A DNA stretch of 64,000 bases from Candidatus Alloenteromonas pullistercoris (GCA_017694295.1 JADINA010000007.1:5754-69753); one strand, 5' to 3'. Counted from the stretch's first letter, positions 26,839 through 37,800 are shown. Translations and numbers: made by a program. Notes: generated from the letters alone by a model not told the origin.

Positions 26839-29413
26839 AGCGACATACGACCCGGCAAGAGACGGGCAAAACACGGTGGATGGTTTTCTTCTGCCCTGCC
26901 TAAAGCGCTCCGTTTCCTATGACCGCCTAAGCGCCTATTTCTCCTCAGCCGCCTTAAAGGTCGCCTCCAAAGGGATAAAGGAGCTAATTGGCAACGGCGG
27001 AAAGATCCGCTTCATCTTCTCCTCGCAGATCGAGGAAAGCGAGATGCGGCAAATCCGCGAGGCCTACCATCGCAAAATGGACGGGATGGCCGAAGAACTA
27101 AAAAACGATCCTTCGCTAAACGACGACTTTGAGGTCGCCAACCTCTCCTATCTTATCGAGTCTGGGCTCGCGGAAGTCAAAATAGCCTTCATGCTCAACA
27201 CCGCCTCCTCCATCTGCCATACGAAACTTGGGGTTTTCAAAGACAATTGTGGCGGCATCATCGCCTTCACCGGATCCGGAAACGAAACCGAGGCCGGTTT
27301 GCTGCGCAATGCCGAGATCTTCTCCGTCTTCAACAACTTCGAAGGCGTTGACCCACACCTTGAAGACGCCGTGAGGATGTTCGAAAGCATATGGGACAAC
27401 ACCTATAGCCCCGCCACCATGGTGGCAGTCTACCCGGATGGCAGATTATTCGACACGTTGATGTCTTATTCCAGGCACCGGGTTGTCGAATCGGAGGAAG
27501 ATTTATGCGAGCAAGACGACTCAGTGCTCATAGACGTCGACAAAGGGAGGGTGCTATTGACCGATAGAACGTCAAGGCGGCAATTGCGGATAAGCGCCGT
27601 TCTTTCCTCCTACTTATCCCATTTCGAGGCCGTTGGGCCCGATGCGTATGACTGCGGGAAGGCGAACGCGCATCTTATCCGCGACGTCATAATCGGAAAT
27701 CTAAAAGACTCAGGCGTCAACTTCCATCTAAGCCTGCGGGCAAGGCTGTTCCTCGAACAATACGATTACAAGTTAAGGCAGCGTGTCAAGTTGGCCTCAG
27801 CCATCAAATCCAATCAAGGGCAAGACCTTTGGCTAAGGCAATACATTGACTTTAAAGAAATCGTCAACAGCAGAACTTCGCCAAAATATCCACTTAAAGA
27901 AAGGCAAATGCATAACGCCTTCTTCCATTCCGTCATGAAAAGCTCGGCGGACTTCTCGGTTCCGGGAACCGGCAAAACCTTCATTTCCTATGGCCTATAC
28001 GCATATTTGCAACATTGCCGTCTAGCCAATCGAATCGTCGTATTCGGCCCTCTCAATTGCTTTTTGGCTTGGAAGGAGGAAGCAAACAAAATATACGAGG
28101 GTAAGCAAACCCTCTCCTTCTTCGACATCAGCGAACACCAAGCCAACTGGCAAAACGAGATTAAGCAAAGGGTATGCGACTGCTATCTGTTCAATTACGA
28201 ATGGCTAAATAGTCCTGCTAAATGTGAGCTTCTCTCCAAATATGTCCTAACCAAGAGAACCCTTTTGGTATTTGACGAAATCCATAAGCTAAAGGCCATC
28301 GACGGTTTTCGATCGAATATGTTTCTAAGTTTCCTCAAGGAAGTAGATGATCCGCCGATATATCGATTGGCTCTTACCGGTACCCCATTGCCGAATTCCT
28401 ACTCCGATCTCTCCAATTGCCTAAACTACCTTTTCCCTGATGACATGGAAGGCGATTTGGCCGGCCTCTCGCCCCTTTCGCTTAAGCAGGCCGACAAAGA
28501 CGGGGAGGCTGCAACCAAGGTTCGGGAAGCCTTATATCCTTTATTTGTCAGGACGACGAAATCCGATCTTCGCGTCCCGCCTCCTGAGCCCGATGATTGC
28601 AACTCCCTTTCCTGCGTCCCAAGCGGAAAGGAGGCAAACCTATATAAGGCCATTTGGAATAGCGGACTTGACCCGCTCGCCAAATACATCCGTCTCATCC
28701 AGGCGAGTTCGAATCCGCCTTTGCTTAAGAAATCCTTATCCCTCGACGACTTCTCGGGGATAGTCGATGACCCGCTCGAAATCAACTTTTCCGAGCTTGA
28801 GGCCAAATCGGAAATAGCCGAAATAGCCTCCGCCATCCCGTTATCCGGCAAAATGCGAAAGACGATCGACTTCCTCGTTTCCGAAATTGGCATCGGGAAA
28901 AAGATAATCGTTTGGTGCCTGTTCATCGATACGATTGATCTGGCGGCAAGGCTATTGCGGGAAAGGGGAATAGAGGCAATCACCATCTGCGGCCGCGACA
29001 CTCAGGCGGATAGACAAGCAAAAATCAACCGATTCAAGCATGGCGGGCCGATGGTTTTGCTCACCAACCCAAACACACTGGCGGAGTCGGTATCCCTCCA
29101 TACCGTCTGCCACGAGGCGGTCTATCTCGAATACGGCTTCAACCTTACCTACCTCCTTCAATCCAAAGACCGCATAAACAGGGTCGGTTTGAAAGACGGG
29201 GAAAAGACCTTCTATTATTTCGCCATCTCCGGAAAGAGGGAATGCGGCGCCGCGTCGCTGGATGCCTTCATTCTCAAACGTCTAAAGGAGAAGGAAATCC
29301 GCATGCTAAGCGCCATCGAATCCGATGACCTGCCCGCCCCGGTCAACATGCCATCCGATATCGATGACATCAAGCGGATCATCGCCGATTACCAATCGGC
29401 TTTGGAAAAATAG
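26810..29413 (+). CDS. PLD-family nuclease / SNF2-family helicase fusion protein
   Basis: Start re-assigned to ATG 26810 (MPSLRELTLK). Single HKD motif HTKLGVFKDNCGGIIAFTGSGNETEAG. Walker A VPGTGKTFIS. Motif II VFDEIHKLK. SNF2 motif III LALTGTPLPNSYSDLSNCLNYLF. Helicase-C motifs (LLTNPNTLAESVSLH...QSKDRINRVG). Confidence 0.75.
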   Translation: MPSLRELTLKATYDPARDGQNTVDGFLLPCLKRSVSYDRLSAYFSSAALKVASKGIKELIGNGGKIRFIFSSQIEESEMRQIREAYHRKMDGMAEELKNDPSLNDDFEVANLSYLIESGLAEVKIAFMLNTASSICHTKLGVFKDNCGGIIAFTGSGNETEAGLLRNAEIFSVFNNFEGVDPHLEDAVRMFESIWDNTYSPATMVAVYPDGRLFDTLMSYSRHRVVESEEDLCEQDDSVLIDVDKGRVLLTDRTSRRQLRISAVLSSYLSHFEAVGPDAYDCGKANAHLIRDVIIGNLKDSGVNFHLSLRARLFLEQYDYKLRQRVKLASAIKSNQGQDLWLRQYIDFKEIVNSRTSPKYPLKERQMHNAFFHSVMKSSADFSVPGTGKTFISYGLYAYLQHCRLANRIVVFGPLNCFLAWKEEANKIYEGKQTLSFFDISEHQANWQNEIKQRVCDCYLFNYEWLNSPAKCELLSKYVLTKRTLLVFDEIHKLKAIDGFRSNMFLSFLKEVDDPPIYRLALTGTPLPNSYSDLSNCLNYLFPDDMEGDLAGLSPLSLKQADKDGEAATKVREALYPLFVRTTKSDLRVPPPEPDDCNSLSCVPSGKEANLYKAIWNSGLDPLAKYIRLIQASSNPPLLKKSLSLDDFSGIVDDPLEINFSELEAKSEIAEIASAIPLSGKMRKTIDFLVSEIGIGKKIIVWCLFIDTIDLAARLLRERGIEAITICGRDTQADRQAKINRFKHGGPMVLLTNPNTLAESVSLHTVCHEAVYLEYGFNLTYLLQSKDRINRVGLKDGEKTFYYFAISGKRECGAASLDAFILKRLKEKEIRMLSAIESDDLPAPVNMPSDIDDIKRIIADYQSALEK

Positions 29414-29495
29414 GCATCGCCTCTGCAAAACGGGACAGGCCAGGTTGTCAACCGATAAGAGGGGTTTTATAATTATTCCAAGGAGGTTTCCGAAA

Positions 29496-30734
29496 ATGGA
29501 AGCTCAGGAAAACAAACGACTTTGCCCCAACTGCAACGCCGAATGCGGTTTAGACGCCGCCTTTTGTCCTAGTTGCGGCGCCCGGATCGATGGGATGAGG
29601 GTGTGCCGCAAATGCAAGAAGAAGACCCCGGAGGGAAGCGAATACTGCATCCATTGCGGAGCCAAAAAGGAAAGCGGCGCGGAAAAGAAGGAAAAAGCCG
29701 CCGCAAGGCTAAGTGCCGTTTCCTCTTTACTCGCGCTCATCTCCGCCTTCTCCTCGATCATCTTCGCCTTCTTCATCGGCGCCGACCAATTAATCGAAAG
29801 CGAATCCTCCACCTCGCAAATAGCCATCTGCGACCTCTATTTCTTCTTCGGCGAGGCCTATGAGTCGATGGCCGCATCAGACAAGTTTGCGATTGGCCTA
29901 GGCACGGCCATCTCCGCCTTGACGTTATTGGGAATCGCGGCAATCGCCGTTTATCTATGCAAAACCCTGCTCGATTGGCTGAATAAAAAGGAGACGAACT
30001 TCCTTAAGCCCGCAATATGGGCCTATGTCTTCTACGGCGCCGCGATGACGCTATTCATGTGGCTGATCGGCCAAAGTGTCTATGATGATGGCATGACCGC
30101 TCTTTTGATCCCCAGCGGCCCAAGCATCGCCGGGCTCGCCATCGCCGGGGTATCGCTATTGGCCTCGCTTGCCTGCTTTAAGGCCAAGGAGGCATTGGAA
30201 ATCGGGGTGGGGTCAATGTTGCGCCATCTTATCCCCGCGCTCTTACTTTGCGTCGCCTTGTTCGCTCCCCTATTCATCTTCTCCAGCGGATTGTGCAAAG
30301 TCAGCCTAGACAGCGGCAGCGTCGCCGAAGGCGGCTTTGCCGCCATTTGGGGGGATGTCGCGATCTTCGAAGGGCGAAGAGGCTACGAGACCGCCTATTG
30401 GACTTCGGTGGCCTTGGTTTCGCTTTTAATACCTTTGCTTCTCGCTTACCTCGTCTTATGCGGGTATATAGCCGGAAGGCTCTTCTTCGATGATGGCCTT
30501 GCGGGCAAGACCCCCTATTTCGGCTTTGCCGCCGCCAGCGTCTTAGCCGCCTACGCCGTCGTTAACATCGTCTTCGTCTCCGTGCCCTACTCCTACTTCG
30601 CGGACGAGGCGCCCATCTTCACCTATATAAACCAAATCGGGTTGTTGGTGCTTTCTGCCATCATCGCCGCCATAAACGCCCTTCCCCTGATTCGGGGCAA
30701 AATAAAAGGCGAAAAGGCGGCTGATTTGCAATAA
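29496..30734 (+). CDS. Double zinc-ribbon (DZR) N-terminal domain fused to a polytopic (~8 TM) membrane protein
   Basis: Start re-assigned to ATG 29496 with AGGAGG RBS (ORF-track start 29325 overlaps the upstream gene). CPNCNAECG...CPSCGA...CRKC...CIHCGA, then multiple hydrophobic helices. Confidence 0.6.
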   Translation: MEAQENKRLCPNCNAECGLDAAFCPSCGARIDGMRVCRKCKKKTPEGSEYCIHCGAKKESGAEKKEKAAARLSAVSSLLALISAFSSIIFAFFIGADQLIESESSTSQIAICDLYFFFGEAYESMAASDKFAIGLGTAISALTLLGIAAIAVYLCKTLLDWLNKKETNFLKPAIWAYVFYGAAMTLFMWLIGQSVYDDGMTALLIPSGPSIAGLAIAGVSLLASLACFKAKEALEIGVGSMLRHLIPALLLCVALFAPLFIFSSGLCKVSLDSGSVAEGGFAAIWGDVAIFEGRRGYETAYWTSVALVSLLIPLLLAYLVLCGYIAGRLFFDDGLAGKTPYFGFAAASVLAAYAVVNIVFVSVPYSYFADEAPIFTYINQIGLLVLSAIIAAINALPLIRGKIKGEKAADLQ

Positions 30735-30764
30735 GCCCACAGCAATAGTATCATTCCTCCGTTT

Positions 30765-31916
30765 ATGAACGTTCCTCTTGCCGAGACACTCGATCCTGAC
30801 TGTAGTAGCTATTTGCCCTTAAACATCCTAAACGGCGCCGACGCGCCTTTGACGGTATACGGGATGCCCCTATGGGGGGCGATCGTCCTAATCGCCGCCT
30901 TGCTTTTGATTTCCGGGTTGTTTTCGGCTTCGGAAAACGCCTTTTCCAACTGCGACAAATACCACTTCAAGATCGAAGCCGACAAAGGGAAGCTGACCTC
31001 GAAGATCATCGTCCGCCTCACCGAGAGGTTCGAGGACACTTTGGTCGCCGTATTGGTCGGCAACAACATCGTCCAGACCCTCATGTCCTCGATTTCGGCC
31101 GTCATCTTCTACGAGGTATGCACCGAGCTTGGCTTTGCCGGGCTTGACGCCATCCTCTCGACCGTCGTCATGGGCTTTTTGGTGTATTTGATAAGCGACA
31201 CCTGCCCCAAGATCCTCTCCAAAGCCATCCCCAATAGGATGGCCATCGTCTTGGCTTGGCCCGATTTCCTTGTCGGCATTCTCCTTTTCCCGCTTATATT
31301 CATCTTCCGCTTCCTTTTAAAGGGGGTCCACCGCATCTTCCGCATAAAAGACGAGAACATGCTCACCAAAGAGGATTTCCTAGAAAGGGCGAAGGAGGCG
31401 AAAAACGTCGAGGATTCCGAGGAGACCGGGGAAAAGGAGGAGGAGACCCTCTTCGAGGAAAACGAGCAGGCTCTCATCTCCAAGGCCTTCGTCTTCGACT
31501 CGATCCCGGTGAAGGACGTCTTCACCAAAAGGGAGGACATATCCTATATCGAGGGGAAGTCGCTTAGCATCGCCAAAGTCAACGCCCTCCTCCTCTCCTC
31601 CCCCTACTCCCGCTTCCCGGTTATGGGCGAAGACGGGGAATGCATCGGCATCCTCTCCTCCAACGTCTACTTCCAGGAATACAACAAAGACGAGCATCTC
31701 TCGATCCTTTCGACCTTGCTCCCGCCCGTCTACGTCGATGAGGAGGAAACCCTCGACGACTGCTTCGACATCCTAAACAACGAGCAAACCCATATGGCGT
31801 TGGTGAAAAACAAAGAAGGGGCCATCACCGGGCTTGTGACGATGGATGACATCCTTAGCGAACTCGTTGGCCACCTCGACGAGATCCCGCCCAAAAGGAG
31901 GGGCAAGGCCTTATGA
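30765..31916 (+). CDS. CNNM/CorC/HlyC-family transporter (DUF21 + CBS pair + CorC_HlyC domain)
   Basis: DUF21 TM region with GNNIVQTLMSS, CBS pair, C-terminal transporter-associated domain; alternative start at internal M (MPLWGAIVL) possible. Confidence 0.8.
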   Translation: MNVPLAETLDPDCSSYLPLNILNGADAPLTVYGMPLWGAIVLIAALLLISGLFSASENAFSNCDKYHFKIEADKGKLTSKIIVRLTERFEDTLVAVLVGNNIVQTLMSSISAVIFYEVCTELGFAGLDAILSTVVMGFLVYLISDTCPKILSKAIPNRMAIVLAWPDFLVGILLFPLIFIFRFLLKGVHRIFRIKDENMLTKEDFLERAKEAKNVEDSEETGEKEEETLFEENEQALISKAFVFDSIPVKDVFTKREDISYIEGKSLSIAKVNALLLSSPYSRFPVMGEDGECIGILSSNVYFQEYNKDEHLSILSTLLPPVYVDEEETLDDCFDILNNEQTHMALVKNKEGAITGLVTMDDILSELVGHLDEIPPKRRGKAL

Positions 31917-33202
31917 CCATCGCCGTGTATTCGATCATCCTGGTCCTGCTCATCGGCCTATCGATGTTCTTTAGTAGCGCCGACATGGCCTTCGGGTCGG
32001 TCTCGCTTTACCGGCTTGAAAGCGAGAAAAAGACCAAGAAACGCGACTTGGCCATCAAACTGTCGAGGGGATACGACAAGACGATTTCGACCATTTTGCT
32101 TTTCAACGACACCGTCAACGCCGCCCTCGACACCGTCTCAACCCTCTTAGGCATACTCATCGCCAAGGAATGGTTCAACGTCTTAAACCCCGACGTCCAG
32201 GAAACCTATGGCCTTATCTGCTCGCTCATCTTCCTCGTCTTGAAGATAATCTTCGGCGAGATAATCGCCAAATCGCTTGGGAAGGTCTATAACCGCGGGC
32301 TGGTCAAGGCCTACGCCTATATCATCGTGGCCTGCTACTACGTCACCTACCCCATCACCTTCCTCGTCGGGGGCTTTGGCTCACTTGCCACCTACCCCAT
32401 CACCAAAAGCGTCAAGGACTTCGCGACCTCCGACGACGAGCTCCATGAGATGACCGACGAGCTCGAGGAGAAGGGGGCCATCGACGAGCAGGCCGCCGAC
32501 TTGCTCCGGGGCACCATCGACTACGCGACCACCGAAGCCTACGAAATCATGACCCCGCGGGCCAAGGTATACGCGATTTGCCTTGAGGACACCTTGAAGG
32601 ACATCTTCGAGGACGAGGAGACCTTCCGGCATAGCCGCCTCCCGGTATACGAGGACGACTTCGACTCGATCCAGGGGTTCGTCAAAAGCAAGGACCTCAT
32701 CCGCCTCCACCTCGAGGGGAAGCAGCTTATCCCCGAACAATCGATCCTCCCGGTTTTGTTCATCCCCCGGACCGTTGAGATCAACGACCTCTTCCAGCGG
32801 ATGAAGAAGGAGAAAGCCCAAATGGCCGTCGTCATGGACGAATACGGGGCGGTCGAGGGCATCATCACGATGGAGGACATCGTCGAGGAGATCGTCGGCG
32901 AGATATGGGATGAGACCGATAAGGCCGACGAGCCGATTGAAGAGGCTGGGGAAAACACCTACATCGTCGACGGATCGGTCACCTTGCGTGAGTTCTGTGG
33001 CGAATTCGACCTCGATTTCGACTCAATCGACACCGAATACGACACCATCGGCGGGTTCTTGGTCGAGCTTTTGGGCGACCGCTTCGCCAAGCAAGGGGAT
33101 GAGATAAAATACAAAAACCTCCTCTTCCACGTCCTCCACGTCGAGGGCACGGCCATCGATAAGCTTGAGGTCAAGGTCCTTGACGAGGAAGAGCAGGATT
33201 AA
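31913..33202 (+). CDS. CNNM/CorC/HlyC-family transporter, tandem paralog
   Basis: Same DUF21-CBS-CorC_HlyC architecture (EIVGEIWDE...); 4-nt overlap with preceding paralog. Confidence 0.85.
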   Translation: MTIAVYSIILVLLIGLSMFFSSADMAFGSVSLYRLESEKKTKKRDLAIKLSRGYDKTISTILLFNDTVNAALDTVSTLLGILIAKEWFNVLNPDVQETYGLICSLIFLVLKIIFGEIIAKSLGKVYNRGLVKAYAYIIVACYYVTYPITFLVGGFGSLATYPITKSVKDFATSDDELHEMTDELEEKGAIDEQAADLLRGTIDYATTEAYEIMTPRAKVYAICLEDTLKDIFEDEETFRHSRLPVYEDDFDSIQGFVKSKDLIRLHLEGKQLIPEQSILPVLFIPRTVEINDLFQRMKKEKAQMAVVMDEYGAVEGIITMEDIVEEIVGEIWDETDKADEPIEEAGENTYIVDGSVTLREFCGEFDLDFDSIDTEYDTIGGFLVELLGDRFAKQGDEIKYKNLLFHVLHVEGTAIDKLEVKVLDEEEQD

Positions 33203-33203
33203 C

Positions 33204-33229
33204 CCCCGGGAACCCCCCGGGGTTTTCCT
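33204..33229 (+). terminator. Rho-independent terminator after the second corC-like gene
   Basis: CCCCGGG-aaccc-CCCGGGG followed by TTTTCC. Confidence 0.55.
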
Positions 33230-33502
33230 TTGCCTTGCCCCGCTTCAACCATTTTCGCGTTAGATAACGATAATTCTAATAGCCAAATGGAAAGCCTCCC
33301 CGCAGTCGCGGCAAAGCCAATACTCAATGTTGCCGGGCTCGGTGCAATTGGCTTCGACCGCCTCGACCATCTCCGGATCGTGGGTTTGGCTGGAGGAAGG
33401 GACGGTTGGGTTTTTTCCCCGCAGCCAAAAAGGAGAAAGAGAATGAGGATTGCTAGGAAAATCTTGGTGCTCACTCTAATAATCTACCCCAAGATTCCGT
33501 CA

Positions 33503-33536
33503 ACAAAAAAACCGCCCATCCGGCTGGGTTGGGCGG
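33503..33536 (-). terminator. groEL terminator
   Basis: CCGCCCA...TGGGCGG stem followed on the minus strand by TTTTTTTTG. Confidence 0.55.
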
Positions 33537-33554
33537 TTAAGGCTTCTTGGGCCA

Positions 33555-35186
<1,632 letters not shown>

Positions 35187-35465
35187 CTATTCGATGGTGG
35201 CGAGGATGTCCTCGTCTTTGAGCAGGATGTATTTCTTCCCCTCGTCCTCGACGTCGGTGCCGGAGTATTCGCGGTAGACGACTTTCTCGCCCACCTTGGC
35301 GTTGACCTCGACGAGGTTGCCCTTCTCGTCCTTCTTCCCGGGGCCGATGGCGACGACGGTGGCGACGTTGCCGGTTTTCTTCTCGGTTGTTAGGACGATC
35401 GAGCCGACTTTCTTTTCGCTTGGGACTTTCTCAAGCAAGACGTAATCATGCAGTGGTTTGATCAT
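35187..35465 (-). CDS. groES: Co-chaperonin GroES (10 kDa)
   Basis: MIKPLHDYVLLEKVPSEKKVGSIVLT...; 92 aa directly upstream of groEL. Confidence 0.95.
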   Translation of the reverse strand: MIKPLHDYVLLEKVPSEKKVGSIVLTTEKKTGNVATVVAIGPGKKDEKGNLVEVNAKVGEKVVYREYSGTDVEDEGKKYILLKDEDILATIE

Positions 35466-35498
35466 TTTTTTGTTTGCTCCTTTGCTTGACCGGCTTAA

Positions 35499-35526
35499 AT
35501 ATTAATAAGTATTTTGGCACTGTCAA
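35499..35526 (-). promoter_or_regulatory. groESL sigma-A-type promoter (-35 TTGACA inside CIRCE, 16-nt spacer, -10 TAATAT)
   Basis: Minus strand reads TTGACA gtgccaaaatacttat TAATAT; ~25-nt leader to a GGAG RBS. Confidence 0.5.
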
Positions 35527-35540
35527 GTGGAGAGTGCTAA
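35514..35540. promoter_or_regulatory. CIRCE operator (HrcA binding site)
   Basis: TTGGCACTG-N9-GAGTGCTAA versus consensus TTAGCACTC-N9-GAGTGCTAA (one arm perfect, other 2 mismatches). Confidence 0.8.
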
Positions 35541-35567
35541 AAAGAGGCGAAATAATGGAAACCGAAC

Positions 35568-35605
35568 GCTAAAAAAGCCCCGCCAAGGTTGCTGGAGGGG
35601 CTTTA
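35568..35605 (-). terminator. Terminator downstream of the LacI-family regulator gene
   Basis: Minus strand GCCCCtCCAgcaaccTTGGcGGGGC followed by TTTTTTAGCG. Confidence 0.45.
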
Positions 35606-35614
35606 AGGATGCCT

Positions 35615-36613
35615 TTATTTGGTGGAGGCGCCTTTGACGAAGGAGGCCTCAAACCTATAGGTTTTGTCGACCAGGTTCGAATTGAGAAGGTCGGTTAGCA
35701 TGTACATCGCCCTCTTCCCGACCTCGGACATGTCGATGTGGAAGCTAGAGAGGGTCGGGCGGACGATGGAGGCGTATTTGGTGCCGACGATGGAAACGAC
35801 CTGGACGTCGTCGGGGATCTTGAGCCCCGAATCGGTGGCGGCGTTCATGACCGCGGCCGCGATGGAGTCGCGGTAGCAGAGGAAGACGCCCTGCTTGACG
35901 GTTTTGAAGTATTTGATGAAGTCGGCGTAGGTCCTGTTGTAGGAGTCGTCGCAGTTGACGACGTTATAGGCTTTGCCGAGCTTATTGTGCATGTTGATGA
36001 ACGAGCGTTCGCACCGATCGAGGAGGCGGCCGCCGTTATGGACGTGGAGGAAGGTCATCTCCGGGGCGGATTGCCTTGCGTAATAGGCCTCGACGAGCCG
36101 CGAGACGTTGGAATCGTAATCGAGGAGGACGTCCCCGATCTTCTCGCCTTTGACTTTCGCGTCGATGACGACGCTTGGGACGTTGTAGGAAGCGATGCGG
36201 TCGACGTCTTCCTGGCCGAGCTGGTCGTCGAAGATGATGGCCCCGTCGACGTGGGAGGTGATGACCTTCTCCATCATCGACAAAGCCTCCTCGCGGGAAT
36301 GCGAGGTCGAGAAGAGGGTGAGGGTATAGCCCTTCTCCCTCCCCACCCCGGTAAGGCCGTTGAGGAAATTGGATATATATACGTAGTTGGCGCTTGGGAT
36401 GATGACGCCGACGTTGGTTGAGCGGTTGGTGGCGAGGGCCTGGGCCAAAGCGCTCGGCTTATAGCCAAGCGAGGCGATGGTCTCCTCGACTTTCCGCCTG
36501 GTCGATTCGGTGACGGAACCCGATTTGTTGATGACGCGGGAGACGGTCGCGAGCGACACCCCCGCCGCTTGGGCCACTTGGTAGATCGTGACCCGGTCTT
36601 TGAGATTTTTCAT
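35615..36613 (-). CDS. LacI-family transcriptional regulator
   Basis: Start re-assigned to ATG 36613 (MKNLKDRVTIYQVAQAAGVSLATVSRVIN HTH) followed by periplasmic-binding-fold sugar-sensor domain. Confidence 0.85.
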   Translation of the reverse strand: MKNLKDRVTIYQVAQAAGVSLATVSRVINKSGSVTESTRRKVEETIASLGYKPSALAQALATNRSTNVGVIIPSANYVYISNFLNGLTGVGREKGYTLTLFSTSHSREEALSMMEKVITSHVDGAIIFDDQLGQEDVDRIASYNVPSVVIDAKVKGEKIGDVLLDYDSNVSRLVEAYYARQSAPEMTFLHVHNGGRLLDRCERSFINMHNKLGKAYNVVNCDDSYNRTYADFIKYFKTVKQGVFLCYRDSIAAAVMNAATDSGLKIPDDVQVVSIVGTKYASIVRPTLSSFHIDMSEVGKRAMYMLTDLLNSNLVDKTYRFEASFVKGASTK

Positions 36614-36792
36614 TTTGGTACCCCCAAAGGGCAATCTTACATATCGACTCGTTTTTGTAAATGAAAATTTTCAATTTTTTTCATTTAATTTACACAATAT
36701 TTGTATTTGTATTTTAGCGAAAATCGATAGTTTGGTGGGAGAAATTCGTTCGACTCCGAAATAATTGGTAGCGGTGAAAATATTTTTCAATT

Positions 36793-37800
36793 TCAATACG
36801 GGTAATTGGCGAGCAGGGAATACAAATAGCCTAGCACGCAGGAAACCGATACGGCGATGCTTGGCATAACGCCGATGAATAGCCTCTTTTTCATGACTGC
36901 CGCGATTAAATAGCAGCCCGGGATTACCGCAAAAAGCCAAAGCGAGTTGAGGTATTGCCCAGGCAAGGGGAGAAGAGCGGAAAGGACCAGCCCAAGCAGG
37001 CAAGGGGGAAAGAGAAAAAGGAATGAGGGAACGGCTTTGATCTTCCCAAGCAGGGAAAGGGCGAAAAGGGCGCCGGAAAGTGCGCAAATAAGGCAATAAA
37101 AGACGATTGAGATGATATCCCCGGGGAATAGGGGAAGGGTGACGACGCCGTTTATCCCGCCATAAAGGGTGTGCTCCATAAGAGAAAAGGGCGTGAAAGG
37201 CGAAAGCCCGAAATACACTTGCGACGCCCCGCGGTAGGAAGGCGCCCACCTGACAAGAGGCAATTCGAGGAGGACGTAATAGGAAAGACTCGCGCCCACG
37301 ACCAAGGAAAGATAGGCAAGGAGGGCCGCGCTTCGCCTATCCGAAACCTCGGTTATGGCGGCGGAAATGGCGTATTGGGAGAAGATGAAAACGGAGGCGA
37401 ATGGGCCAAGGGCGAAATAGTAAAGGTCGCCCGCGGGATTGGTTGAGCATAGCCCCCCGATAAGCGGGAAGAAAAGCCAAAAGGCGACCAATAGCCCAAC
37501 TGCCATATTGAGGTGGCGGAAGAAAGAAAACCGCCTTGCCCCATCGCCTTCGAATTTGTCCTTTTCCTTTTTGAATAGCAAAGGCCATTTGGCGTAAAAG
37601 GGGGCAAACGAGGCAAGGAAGAGGATGGGCAAGCTGACCCATCCGGTGCTCATATATCCTTGGCTGGGTTGGAAGAGAAGGATGGATAAGACAAGGTAAA
37701 TCAAACAGGCGAAAGCCAAATACGGGGCGACCGACTTCAAAGCCGACTTAAAAGGGGATGGGATTGGGGGCTTTTCGCATTCGCTTTCGACCTTTTCCAT
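36793..37800 (-). CDS. Polytopic membrane protein, unknown function
   Basis: 335 aa, ~9 hydrophobic helices; no motif recognised. Confidence 0.5.
   Translation of the reverse strand: MEKVESECEKPPIPSPFKSALKSVAPYLAFACLIYLVLSILLFQPSQGYMSTGWVSLPILFLASFAPFYAKWPLLFKKEKDKFEGDGARRFSFFRHLNMAVGLLVAFWLFFPLIGGLCSTNPAGDLYYFALGPFASVFIFSQYAISAAITEVSDRRSAALLAYLSLVVGASLSYYVLLELPLVRWAPSYRGASQVYFGLSPFTPFSLMEHTLYGGINGVVTLPLFPGDIISIVFYCLICALSGALFALSLLGKIKAVPSFLFLFPPCLLGLVLSALLPLPGQYLNSLWLFAVIPGCYLIAAVMKKRLFIGVMPSIAVSVSCVLGYLYSLLANYPY

Noticed and set aside
29325-29495. ORF-track start at 29325 for the zinc-ribbon membrane protein
   Set aside because: Would overlap the end of the upstream helicase gene by 89 nt and encode a Ser/Pro/Arg-rich N-extension; AGGAGG + ATG at 29496 (MEAQENKRLCPNC) is the credible start
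36671-37249. 192-aa minus-strand ORF overlapping the membrane-protein gene 36793..37800 in another frame
   Set aside because: Arg/Pro/Trp-rich translation, fully nested in the better-supported hydrophobic ORF
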